A stretch of DNA of 64,000 bases. Origin: Candidatus Latescibacterota bacterium. GTDB lineage: Bacteria; Latescibacterota; UBA2968; UBA8231. The stretch spans positions 1,248,001-1,312,000 of the forward strand of contig OZ244561.1 in NCBI GenBank assembly GCA_965217585.1, read 5' to 3'. The translations under genes were made by a program, and so were the position numbers. Numbering within the stretch: the stretch's first letter is position 1; the number at the start of each line of letters is the position of its first letter. The notes under the pieces are model-generated. The model made no database searches, was not told the DNA's origin, and was given only the letters and a program-made list of their open reading frames with translations. Below are positions 17,487 to 26,283 of this stretch, piece after piece.

Positions 17487-20150
17487 CTAGTTCAGCCCCG
17501 CGTAAATCGTCACAAAGGATTCGTTGGTCGTCCGCGCCTGCTGCCCAGTGAACTGCTTGCGCTCTACTTTCATGCCGGTCAGGGCGCGGAGCTTGTAGCC
17601 GAGATAGTTGGATTCATTGCTGAACTGGACGGCTATGGTCACCGCGTCGAAATCGTTGGCGTCGGCGTCGAAATCGTTGAAGATCGCATACTCCACCCCG
17701 GCCTGGAGCTTGGTCACCTGCAAGACCTGCGTCTCCACCAAGCCCGAAAACAGCTCCAGCAGGCTGGTGTGGCTATTGAGTGAGAGCAAGCTGCGGCTCT
17801 GCTTGCGCAGCTCGCTTTTCCAACGCGGCTCCAAAGACCACGCCCCGAGTTGGAAGCGATAACTCGCTTTGTTGATCAGGCCGAAAAAAAAGTCAGACGG
17901 CGCCAAGCCGTACTGCTGCCGCTGGGCCTTTTCCATCTGCTGATGGAAGTAGAGCCAGTGCATCTTAGTGGTCAAAAAGAGCGCCGCCACCTGTAGATTG
18001 TGGCCGACAAAAAGCTGGTTGACCCAAGTGTCGCGCGCCAACAGCGGATCCTCGACCTTGGTCAGCTCGCCGCCGCGCAGCGTATTGTCCGGCGCCCACT
18101 GCAACAACGGGTTGGGAATGTCGTCCTGGACCAACTTGCTCATCTCGAACACCCGGAAGCGACCCAGCCGCGACTCATCGCGCTCGTAGGTGAACATCAG
18201 ATAGTTGCTCTCGTTTTTGCGCGCCGAGGAAATCAGCCCCTCGCGCAGTGCGCCCACCACCAAGCGCGCTCGCGGCGTGATGTCGGCCCCGAGGTGGATG
18301 TTGAATCCCCGGTGATCCCGGCGATACGGATAATCCGGCTCCTCGTCGTTTTCGTATTGATCGACCCAAAAGTTGTTGTTCATATCGACGCCAAAGAGAA
18401 ACTCGGGCCGATCGACGTAAAACCGCAGAAAAGCCTCCTCGTAGTCCGGCTCGGTATTCGAGCGCACGAACGTGTCGTTTTGGTTGAAGTCGGGCACGAA
18501 GTCATTGTTTTGATCCCAACCCGGAAAGACCTGCAAATCGCCGCTGAGAAAGTCGAAGCGCACGTTGTCCGGGAATTTGTCCTGATCGTCGTTGTCATCG
18601 ACCAAATCGACCAAGCCGCGCTCGTTGTCGTAGTCGAAGTCTCCGGTGCCCGAGGTGATAAAGGTCTGGGTGTTGTAGCGCGGATCCATGCTGTAAAACT
18701 CGCCAAAGGCGAAGTAGGGGGCGGCCTTTTTGGACACGTTGACCATCCAAGCGGGTGCCGAGGGCCGGCCGCCAATCCCCGAGAATGCCTCGTGGGTCTC
18801 CTTGAGCACGTTGGGGTACTTCCGGTAGCTCCAACTCAGGTCGTACTCGCCGTACACGTCGAAGCCCCGCAGGTCCTGCAACTCGACGCTGCCGCCAAAG
18901 ATGTGGGTCGCCGTGGGCAGGCCGTACTCGAAGCGAATGGTCTGCAAATTGGTGATGTCCTGGACATTGCCCTCGGCCTGCGCGACCAGCAGCAAGACCT
19001 CCTGGCCATCGAGGTTGATCTGGCGGTCCGAAGTCATCCAGACCTGGTAGTCGTTGCCCAGCGTCAGCAGGAATTCGACTTTGGCGATTTCGTCCTTGGC
19101 AAAACGGGCCCGATCGACAAAGTCCGGGCTGTCGAAGTCGTACACCAGCCGCATCTCCTCCGGCCCGTTGGCCGCGACAAAGCCCTGCTGCAAGAAGCCG
19201 CCTTCGATGACCGGCTCAAAGCCAATGGCCTTGCCCGATTCCGCCGAGCCATCGCGATAGGTGATCTGCACGTCCGACGCATCGGGAAAAAACGCCGCGC
19301 CGCCCACGCCGTCTTCGGGCGAGTCGTCGCGCAGCACCAGCTTGACCAGCGAGATGGTTTTGTTTTGCCCGATGGTCAGCGAGCCGGCGAATGGGTTGCC
19401 AGCCTGCTTGTCGAGCAAGGTGTGCGACTGGTGGGCGTTGGCCATGTGTAGCGCAACTTCCGCAAAGTCGCCGAGCTGGACCCCCAACCGCCCGCCCGCC
19501 AAGATGGTGTTGTTGGTCCGCAGCACTTCGCGGTCCCCAGTCGAGCCGCCGCCTGGATTACTCAGCCGCGAAAACAAAAAGGTGGCTTCGTAGCGGTCGG
19601 TAGCCAGATCGAACTGCACGCCGTCCATGCGGGCCTTGGCAAACACCATCGGCGACAGCACCGAGCGCAGGCGGCTACTCGCCGTCAAGGTGTAGAAGTA
19701 TTGGCCCTTGTTGTCTTGGGCCACCACGACTTCGGAAAACCAGCTCTGGAAGCGGGAGGACTTGAACAGCACGTTGCCAAACTGCTGGGGCTTGCTCTGC
19801 GAGTTGTTGAAAATCAGCCAGCCACGGGTGAGGAAATTGCCGTACAGATCGTAGAAGTAATCGCCCTCCAAGGTTGTTTCCACGTAGCGCGCATACGGAT
19901 TGCGCGCATAGTTGGTGTATTCCCACTGCCGCCATTGGTACTCGCTGTACAGCTCCTGCGGCACGTACCAGCGGCGCACCGCCGGGTCGAGCGCGTTCAG
20001 AGACACCCCGGGGCCTTGGGGCGCGAGACTAGTCTGGTCGCCGAGCTGCAAGCCCAAGCGCGTCCCGTACTGGCCCTGTGCAACGGTTGGCGCGCCGACC
20101 GCGCTCCACAACATTAAGAGACCGCAATACAATCCGGTCTTTGGTCTCAC
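17487..20150 (-). CDS. Large exported hypothetical protein, putative outer-membrane beta-barrel (paralog of 9564-12290)
   Basis: SD AAGGAGG and GTG 20150; colinear similarity to 9564-12290 (ALDPAxRRWYVPQ, EGDYFYDLYGN, LRDDSPEDG, PDFNQND, RPEFLFGVDMN); ends FVTIYAGLN. Confidence 0.68.
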   Translation of the reverse strand: MRPKTGLYCGLLMLWSAVGAPTVAQGQYGTRLGLQLGDQTSLAPQGPGVSLNALDPAVRRWYVPQELYSEYQWRQWEYTNYARNPYARYVETTLEGDYFYDLYGNFLTRGWLIFNNSQSKPQQFGNVLFKSSRFQSWFSEVVVAQDNKGQYFYTLTASSRLRSVLSPMVFAKARMDGVQFDLATDRYEATFLFSRLSNPGGGSTGDREVLRTNNTILAGGRLGVQLGDFAEVALHMANAHQSHTLLDKQAGNPFAGSLTIGQNKTISLVKLVLRDDSPEDGVGGAAFFPDASDVQITYRDGSAESGKAIGFEPVIEGGFLQQGFVAANGPEEMRLVYDFDSPDFVDRARFAKDEIAKVEFLLTLGNDYQVWMTSDRQINLDGQEVLLLVAQAEGNVQDITNLQTIRFEYGLPTATHIFGGSVELQDLRGFDVYGEYDLSWSYRKYPNVLKETHEAFSGIGGRPSAPAWMVNVSKKAAPYFAFGEFYSMDPRYNTQTFITSGTGDFDYDNERGLVDLVDDNDDQDKFPDNVRFDFLSGDLQVFPGWDQNNDFVPDFNQNDTFVRSNTEPDYEEAFLRFYVDRPEFLFGVDMNNNFWVDQYENDEEPDYPYRRDHRGFNIHLGADITPRARLVVGALREGLISSARKNESNYLMFTYERDESRLGRFRVFEMSKLVQDDIPNPLLQWAPDNTLRGGELTKVEDPLLARDTWVNQLFVGHNLQVAALFLTTKMHWLYFHQQMEKAQRQQYGLAPSDFFFGLINKASYRFQLGAWSLEPRWKSELRKQSRSLLSLNSHTSLLELFSGLVETQVLQVTKLQAGVEYAIFNDFDADANDFDAVTIAVQFSNESNYLGYKLRALTGMKVERKQFTGQQARTTNESFVTIYAGLN

Positions 20151-20164
20151 GACAACCTCCTTTG

Positions 20165-20273
20165 GTAGGGGCGACCGGCCGGTCACCCCCACATTAATAT
20201 GCAACATCTACCAGCCACTGCGACGGACGGGGCGCGGCATCAATCGGCCGTCACCCCCACATTAATATGCAAC
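20165..20273. repeat. GTAG-type REP-like palindrome plus a 24-bp direct duplication
   Basis: GTAGGGGCGACCGG-CCGGTCACCCCCAC at 20165-20192; GTCACCCCCACATTAATATGCAAC occurs at 20182-20205 and 20250-20273. Confidence 0.75.
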
Positions 20274-23200
20274 GGCGATGAGGCGGGTGCGGGTCGTCCC
20301 TCCGACCCCTTCTGCATCCGCCTCCACTGTGATCTGACACAAGTACAACCCCGGCGACACCACCTGCCCGGCCTCGTCCTTCCCGTCCCACCTAAACTGC
20401 TGCGGCCCGCCAGTCGCCAGCCCCGCTAGCTGCCGCACCCGCCGTCCGGCCAGCGTATATAGATGAATGGTCAACGGCCGTGCGACCTGGACGCGGAACA
20501 GGGAAAAGTCGATCTCCGCAGTCTCGTTGATCCCGTCGCCATTGGGAGTAAACGGATTGGGCGCGATGGCAATATCGTCGATGGTGGCCCGCGCCCCTTG
20601 CGCGCCAATCGACAGGCTCTTGGACGGACTCAAGGCGGTCGCGTCGCCTCCGTCGGCCACCTGCCAAGGCGTCGCCGGCTGGCTCTGCCGCACGGCGACC
20701 TGCATCCGCGTCCCTTGCAGGTACACCCGCCCAGCAAAGCGCACGCGCAACAGCCGGCCGCGACCCACCACCCAGCCGCGCTGACTGCCCAGCCGGCCGT
20801 AACCCCGCTGGTCGAGGCTGTCGCCGGCCGCGTCAAAGGGCACCTGATCGCCCAGCCCGACCACCTTGCGGAAGTAGCGCACCGGCCCCTGCTCGTCCGC
20901 GCTGAGCGCGTCGTAGTCCGCGGCGTCCACTTCGGCCAAGCTGCCGTTTGCCAGCCGCCGGAAGTAGCGCACTGCGCCCCGCTCGGCATCCGGCAAGAGG
21001 CCGTGCGAGGTAAAGGTCAACAGGTTGCGGTCCAATCCGGTGGGCACCTCATCACCGGGGACGACCGACCGGTAGTACACGGGCGTGAGCACGTCGGCCG
21101 GCGAGCCCTGCACGGTCTGCGGGAATTCCAGCCATAGCGAGTCGCCCTCAGCGTGTACCGTTAGCTCGTCGCCCCACTCGAACGGCGGCTCGGCCAACAG
21201 CTCGGCCTCGGTCCCCATGGCCACATCGACTAGCTTTAGCGCGAATGGCGGCTCCGCATGCAAGAGCAATTGGTCGAAGCCCGGGCTGCGCACAGCGGCC
21301 GGCTGCTGCAAAAAGTTAGGCTGCACGTAGAGTGCGAAGGTGTCGAGCACCCCAGCCGCGGCTGCGGTTGGCCACACTTCGGCCCGCAGGTGCTGGGCCA
21401 CCGGCTGGTGGAACGCGACTGCAATGCGGTGCAGGGCCGGCGCGTTTTGGCCGCTGCTTTTGAGGCGCGCTTGGATCTGCATGAAGCGCCGCAGGCTCGG
21501 CGAAGTAGCCAAGTCCCCAGGCTGCAAGTAGCGCTGGCTCCACGAGCTCCAGCCCGGCCCCACCACCACGGTCGTGTCCGAAGGCCCCTTCAGAAAGCCG
21601 GCCAGCGTCTTGTACTCGGCCGCGGTCTTCTGGTTGCCGGTCTTGTCGAAATAGCGGATCTGCTGCAAAAGCTGGTCGCCGGTGCGGGTGCGAATCTCCA
21701 CATCCGTGCCCGGGGGCGTGCTCGCCTCCCAGCGCACCGCGCCCAAGCCTACCAACCCCGGCAACTCGATCAGATCCGACTCCAGCACCACCTCGGCCGG
21801 CGGACCTTCGGCGAGCAGCATGAGCTCATGATGATACGACCAGAACTGGTTCATGTGGCCGGTGCCGCCCGGGCCGGTGGCCCTAAATCCCGGGGGCACG
21901 TGGCCGATGGTGACCATGTCGAGGAAGCGGGTCAAAACTGGTGGGTCCTGAATGTCGGCGATGTCGCGAAAGTTGCCGGTGAACACATTGCGCTCGCGTT
22001 CCTCCGGGCTGATGCGCTGCCACTTGAGATTGCCCTGAGCGTCGCGCTCGCCCGTGGAGGCGCGCATGATGTAGCCCCGGCTACTGCCCACTAAGCGGGT
22101 CTGAGCCAAGCGCACAATGCCTCCCATATCTATGGTCAGTACGTTGGCGGTGGGGTTTTTCGGATTGCGGATCTGGTGTGAAAATCCAGTGCTGGCGGCG
22201 CCGTCGAACGCAAGCAGCGTATTGGTCCCATCGGTCGTCAGCACGTACGAGCCGCCGTTTTCAATCAGGTTGATCGCCAAGTTGTCGCCCCAGCCGTGCG
22301 CTTCGACCTCAGCTAGGCGCGGCAGCTCGCGGCGGTAGTAATCCCTTCGCCCCTGGCGCTGCTCTTCTAGAGCCTGATAGGTGGCCTCGTCCACCGGCTC
22401 CTCGCGGCCAGCCACGTCGCGCGCAAAATAGACGATATCCCCGCGCTCTGCTTCCGGCAGGGCCTCCCATGCCTCCTGCGCAATCTGTTCGGCCCGGCCG
22501 CCGCGCGTATCCGTGATGACAATGCGGATCGTCTCGATCTTCCGCCCGGTCCACTCGGGCGAGCGGCGCAAGCTCTCCGCAAGCTGCTTGTCGCTGACCA
22601 CGCCAGTGGCCGGGGGGAGTTCGGGGCTGGTGTGCTCGCTCTCAAAGATGTATTCGCGCTGCGTGGTATTGGGCGCGTCTTGCGGGATGAAGAGCTGGAA
22701 TCCAATGCGGCTATTCGGCTCGTGCAAAAGCGCGCTCTGCCGGTCCGACAGCAGCATAATGAAGCGCAGGAAGGGATCCCCGCGCGACTCATCGACGAAC
22801 TGGAGCTTGAGCCGTTCCACCGGCACCACCCTCCCCAGATCCACCTCGATCCACCACTGCTCGATGGGGTCGCGCGGGTCCGGCTCCCAGTACGTGGTGG
22901 GGTCGCCGTCGAGAATGTTGGCCGCGAGCTGCGGATTGGACCCCACTCGGCTGATGCCGGGCCGCACCCAATAGTCGAAGACCAACTCGTTGAGCGTATT
23001 TCGTATCGGCTCGCCAAACACGTCGAACTGCATGGTGCTGTCGATGGTGCCGATGCGCGGATCGGGCTTGCTGATGACGATCGGACGCTTGAATCCGGGA
23101 TCGTCTAGGACGTTGAAGACCGTCCGCAGGGCGTGCGCCCGCACCGAGCCGTCCTCGTGGATGCGCGCCAGATGGGCGGGAATGGACCACTGCTGCCAGT

Positions 23201-23318
23201 GGCTGGCCCGCTCGACTACGACTTCGTCGCCGGCGATCCGATAACCCGATTGGGCCTCGGCCAATGCCCAACTCAGCGTTAGGCCGACGAGGATCTGCAC
23301 GACGGAGTGGCTCTTCAT
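20262..23318 (-). CDS. Large secreted protein with F5/8 type C (discoidin)-like domain, internal short repeats and FlgD/CHU_C-like tail ending VAY
   Basis: Start MKSHSVV at 23318 after GGAG; ILDGDPTTYW...WWIEVDLG discoidin motif; RTRTG, WSSWS; tail PNPFTPNGDGINE...WDGKDEAG...AVAY. Confidence 0.78.
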   Translation of the reverse strand: MKSHSVVQILVGLTLSWALAEAQSGYRIAGDEVVVERASHWQQWSIPAHLARIHEDGSVRAHALRTVFNVLDDPGFKRPIVISKPDPRIGTIDSTMQFDVFGEPIRNTLNELVFDYWVRPGISRVGSNPQLAANILDGDPTTYWEPDPRDPIEQWWIEVDLGRVVPVERLKLQFVDESRGDPFLRFIMLLSDRQSALLHEPNSRIGFQLFIPQDAPNTTQREYIFESEHTSPELPPATGVVSDKQLAESLRRSPEWTGRKIETIRIVITDTRGGRAEQIAQEAWEALPEAERGDIVYFARDVAGREEPVDEATYQALEEQRQGRRDYYRRELPRLAEVEAHGWGDNLAINLIENGGSYVLTTDGTNTLLAFDGAASTGFSHQIRNPKNPTANVLTIDMGGIVRLAQTRLVGSSRGYIMRASTGERDAQGNLKWQRISPEERERNVFTGNFRDIADIQDPPVLTRFLDMVTIGHVPPGFRATGPGGTGHMNQFWSYHHELMLLAEGPPAEVVLESDLIELPGLVGLGAVRWEASTPPGTDVEIRTRTGDQLLQQIRYFDKTGNQKTAAEYKTLAGFLKGPSDTTVVVGPGWSSWSQRYLQPGDLATSPSLRRFMQIQARLKSSGQNAPALHRIAVAFHQPVAQHLRAEVWPTAAAAGVLDTFALYVQPNFLQQPAAVRSPGFDQLLLHAEPPFALKLVDVAMGTEAELLAEPPFEWGDELTVHAEGDSLWLEFPQTVQGSPADVLTPVYYRSVVPGDEVPTGLDRNLLTFTSHGLLPDAERGAVRYFRRLANGSLAEVDAADYDALSADEQGPVRYFRKVVGLGDQVPFDAAGDSLDQRGYGRLGSQRGWVVGRGRLLRVRFAGRVYLQGTRMQVAVRQSQPATPWQVADGGDATALSPSKSLSIGAQGARATIDDIAIAPNPFTPNGDGINETAEIDFSLFRVQVARPLTIHLYTLAGRRVRQLAGLATGGPQQFRWDGKDEAGQVVSPGLYLCQITVEADAEGVGGTTRTRLIAVAY

Positions 23319-23446
23319 GGTTCCGCGTTCTCCCTCACTCGCCAGCGGCCCGCCCTTGCCGCGGCGCTTGCTGCATAAGTGGATGCAAAAACTATTAGGT
23401 AGGGCCAAAATCTAGGGCTGTCAAGGTGGCTGCGGCCCGCTAACCG

Positions 23447-25075
23447 CTACCAATCCACCAAGACGGCGACTTGGTCTTTGTATTTGTCCTGCAACTGGCG
23501 GATAAACGCGCCGATCCGCTGGTTTTCCCGCTGGCGGCGCAAGCTCGCGGCCGCCCGGCGGCGCGCCTCGGCAAAGGGCTGGATCTGGCCGCCCTCCCGC
23601 CGCAGCACCCGGAACACCGCGTACCCTTCCATGCTCTCTAGCGGGCCGACGAGCGCACCGACCTCAGCGGCAAAGGCCGCTTTTACCAGTTCGGGGTAGC
23701 GCGGCTCGTACAGGCGCAGTAGGCGCGTCTCCCAGCCGTGCTCGCGCACCCCGTGCCCCTCGACGCCAGCGTGCGAGCGCACTCCGGGCCGGTCGAGCAG
23801 GTCGGCGATGGGCACGCCAGCCTCCCACTCGGCGCGCAAAGCCGCAGCATCCTCTTCCCCAGCGGTCCACAACTCGTGAACGACCACGGCCTCCTGGGTG
23901 CGGTAGCGGTCCTTGTGGGCCTCGTAATGCGCTCTAATCTCGTCCTCGCTGGGCGCGGCCCCGGCCGTGGCCCGTTGGAAGAGCTGATTGAGGATCAGTG
24001 CCCGGCGCTGGTGCTCGCTCCACTCGACAAAGGCCGTCGCCTCGGTCCAGCCGCGCTGGCGGGCCTCGGCCTCAAAGAGCCGCACCGGCAGCAGTAAGCG
24101 CCCGATCCGCTCGGCGGCCTCGTCCTGCAATAGGCCCTGTGCCCCAACCGCTTGCAGGCTGCCCAACCCCTCGGCCACGCTAATCGCGCCGCCCTCGTAT
24201 GTATAAAAGGGATGATTCAACTCGTCCGTCGTCAGGGGTCGATCCGAGCGCCGGAGCAAGATGGCCTCGCCCTCTGGATCTAGGCGCACGTCGTAGCGGA
24301 GGCGGAGGCGTTCAAACTCCTCCTCTTCCTTCTCCCGCGTCCGTTCCTTGCGCAGCCGCTCGGCAACTTCCGCGCTGTAGTCGGCGAGCGCGGTCGGGCG
24401 ATCCTCGACAAAGCGAAAGACCTGATACCCGCCGGCCAGCGCGACCGGCTCGGCCACTTGCTCGACGGGTAAACTCACAAAGACGGGGGGCGGAATGGAG
24501 AACCGCCGCGCGGCTTGCGTGCGCCCAATCCAGCCGACCACGCCGTCGCCTTGCGAGGCGAAGAGATCGTTGGCGGCAAAGCGCGCAGCCACTTGCTCAA
24601 AGGGCTGGCCTGCGCGCAGGTCGCGTCCGACCACCTCTAGCTCCTCGCGGGTGCGCACCAAGATGCGACTGAAGAGCCGCTCGCGGTCAAACCCCATCTC
24701 CGCGAATGCGCGCTCGATGTCGGCGGCTGTGATCTTCACCTGCGGCACAATGACTTGGGCGCGGTAGCGCTCCACGAGGCGCTGCCGCACCATTTCGCGG
24801 AGCTGGTGCTCAACCGCCAAGCTGGTGTCGATCCCGAGCGCACGCGCCTCGGCGAACATCAGCTCCTCGTCGATCATCGACTGCAAATGCTCTCGATCGG
24901 CCGCGCGTCCTTCCTTGGGGCTGCGCAACCCCGGCGGCAGGCGCTCGACAAAAGCCGCCAACTCCGCCTGCCCAATCTCCACCTCGCCGACTCGGGCGAC
25001 GATGGTCTCGTCCTCGCCGCACCCTACCAACAACAGGGCCAGCGCACCCCAAAACCTACTCGATAAATAGCGCAT
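23447..25075 (-). CDS. Parvulin-type peptidyl-prolyl isomerase (SurA/PrsA-like) lipoprotein
   Basis: Lipobox LVGC; IVARVGEVEI, FEQVAARF...GDGVVGW, AAFAAEVGALVGPLES-GYAVFRV; two rotamase-like regions. Confidence 0.8.
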   Translation of the reverse strand: MRYLSSRFWGALALLLVGCGEDETIVARVGEVEIGQAELAAFVERLPPGLRSPKEGRAADREHLQSMIDEELMFAEARALGIDTSLAVEHQLREMVRQRLVERYRAQVIVPQVKITAADIERAFAEMGFDRERLFSRILVRTREELEVVGRDLRAGQPFEQVAARFAANDLFASQGDGVVGWIGRTQAARRFSIPPPVFVSLPVEQVAEPVALAGGYQVFRFVEDRPTALADYSAEVAERLRKERTREKEEEEFERLRLRYDVRLDPEGEAILLRRSDRPLTTDELNHPFYTYEGGAISVAEGLGSLQAVGAQGLLQDEAAERIGRLLLPVRLFEAEARQRGWTEATAFVEWSEHQRRALILNQLFQRATAGAAPSEDEIRAHYEAHKDRYRTQEAVVVHELWTAGEEDAAALRAEWEAGVPIADLLDRPGVRSHAGVEGHGVREHGWETRLLRLYEPRYPELVKAAFAAEVGALVGPLESMEGYAVFRVLRREGGQIQPFAEARRRAAASLRRQRENQRIGAFIRQLQDKYKDQVAVLVDW

Positions 25076-26216
25076 CGACTTCCATCTCTAGGTCTGCATT
25101 CGTGCGTTCAACAGCACCAGCCGCAGCCTCTATAGCTTTGGCGCGATCGCCCGTGGTGCCGTGCGGGCGCACGACCAGCCGATCATCGAGCAGTGCCACC
25201 TGTTCGGTCCCAGCGTAGTCGGACGGGATCTCAAAGAGAAAGGCCGCATAGACTTTGGCGATGGTCTGGCCGGCGTCGAGAAATTCAAAGAGCGGGATAT
25301 CGAAAATTTTCCCCTTGGCCGCTATAGCCGCCGGCGGCAAGGGCAGACTCGTGGTGCCGAATTCAAGTCCCCGGGCCACGGGCTCTCCCGCGTCTGAGTT
25401 GCGCCAGATGTTGAGCCAAGGGTACTCGGACGTTTTCCAGATATAGCCGATGAGCAGGCCCTTGCTCGCCGTGCTAGCCGCGACCCAGCCGTAGTCGCCG
25501 TCGAAGCTATAGCCGGCGTTGGTCGGGTCGTCGTCGCCGCCCAAGTAGCGCATATCGACCTCGTCCCCGCTCGCCAATTTGCGCGCCTCGGGCCAAAATA
25601 CCGCCGGCTCTTCGGGATTGGGCATGGGGCTATAGACCATGTAGCCCTTGCGGGCGTTGGCGTCAACTACCGTGGTCTCGTCGAGAAAGGGCGGGCCAAT
25701 AGTCGGGTGCTGGACCATATTGTACATGCGTCCGAGCGCGCCGGTATTTTCGACCTCTTCGCGCACGGTGAGCAAGGCGCGGTCCTTGGCCAGCCGCAGC
25801 CAACGCCTCACCTCAAAGCCGGCCAGTGGCAAGGTGGCGGCCATCTCGGCCTCGATAAAGCCGCCTCTTTCCTCGGGACCGCGTACGACCCGCCACGGCA
25901 CAGCCGAGGCTTCGCCGTGGCCGGGCATGCCGTTTTCGGCCTCGGCCTCCGAGACCGACGCCCAACGGTCTAAGCAGAGAAAGTGTCCCATCGAACTCGG
26001 CTCTTCTGCGGCTCCTTCCCGCCCCCATGAAAGCGGGTTGACACCCTGGTCCCGCAGGTGGAAATCCGCGATTGAACCGCCCAGCAAATCGACGACGACT
26101 TGAGCTACCTCGCCGTCGAGCACCAAGGTTGGCCGGCCTTTGACCTCGGTCTCCGCTAGGGCTACATTCGCGCCGTATAGTGCTGCCATAAGCAAAAAGA
26201 TCCTTATCATCGCCAT
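25056..26216 (-). CDS. Exported galactose mutarotase-like (aldose 1-epimerase superfamily) protein
   Basis: Signal peptide from ATG 26216; GHFLCLDRW, MPGHGEA, EEVENTG...MYNMVQHP, YPWLNIW, GLEFG resemble the mutarotase-like beta-sandwich. Confidence 0.55.
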   Translation of the reverse strand: MAMIRIFLLMAALYGANVALAETEVKGRPTLVLDGEVAQVVVDLLGGSIADFHLRDQGVNPLSWGREGAAEEPSSMGHFLCLDRWASVSEAEAENGMPGHGEASAVPWRVVRGPEERGGFIEAEMAATLPLAGFEVRRWLRLAKDRALLTVREEVENTGALGRMYNMVQHPTIGPPFLDETTVVDANARKGYMVYSPMPNPEEPAVFWPEARKLASGDEVDMRYLGGDDDPTNAGYSFDGDYGWVAASTASKGLLIGYIWKTSEYPWLNIWRNSDAGEPVARGLEFGTTSLPLPPAAIAAKGKIFDIPLFEFLDAGQTIAKVYAAFLFEIPSDYAGTEQVALLDDRLVVRPHGTTGDRAKAIEAAAGAVERTNADLEMEVDALFIE

Positions 26217-26283
26217 ATAGGTCCTTCCTCTATTATTCGGATGTTGCGCACCCTTTGCAAGCGCACGCATTAGCGAGACAAGT

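Noticed and set aside
23390-23424. Minus-strand TTGACA-17 bp-TACCTA as promoter of the VAY cluster
   Set aside because: Perfect -35 but the -10 lacks the conserved final T; too weak to call without transcript data.
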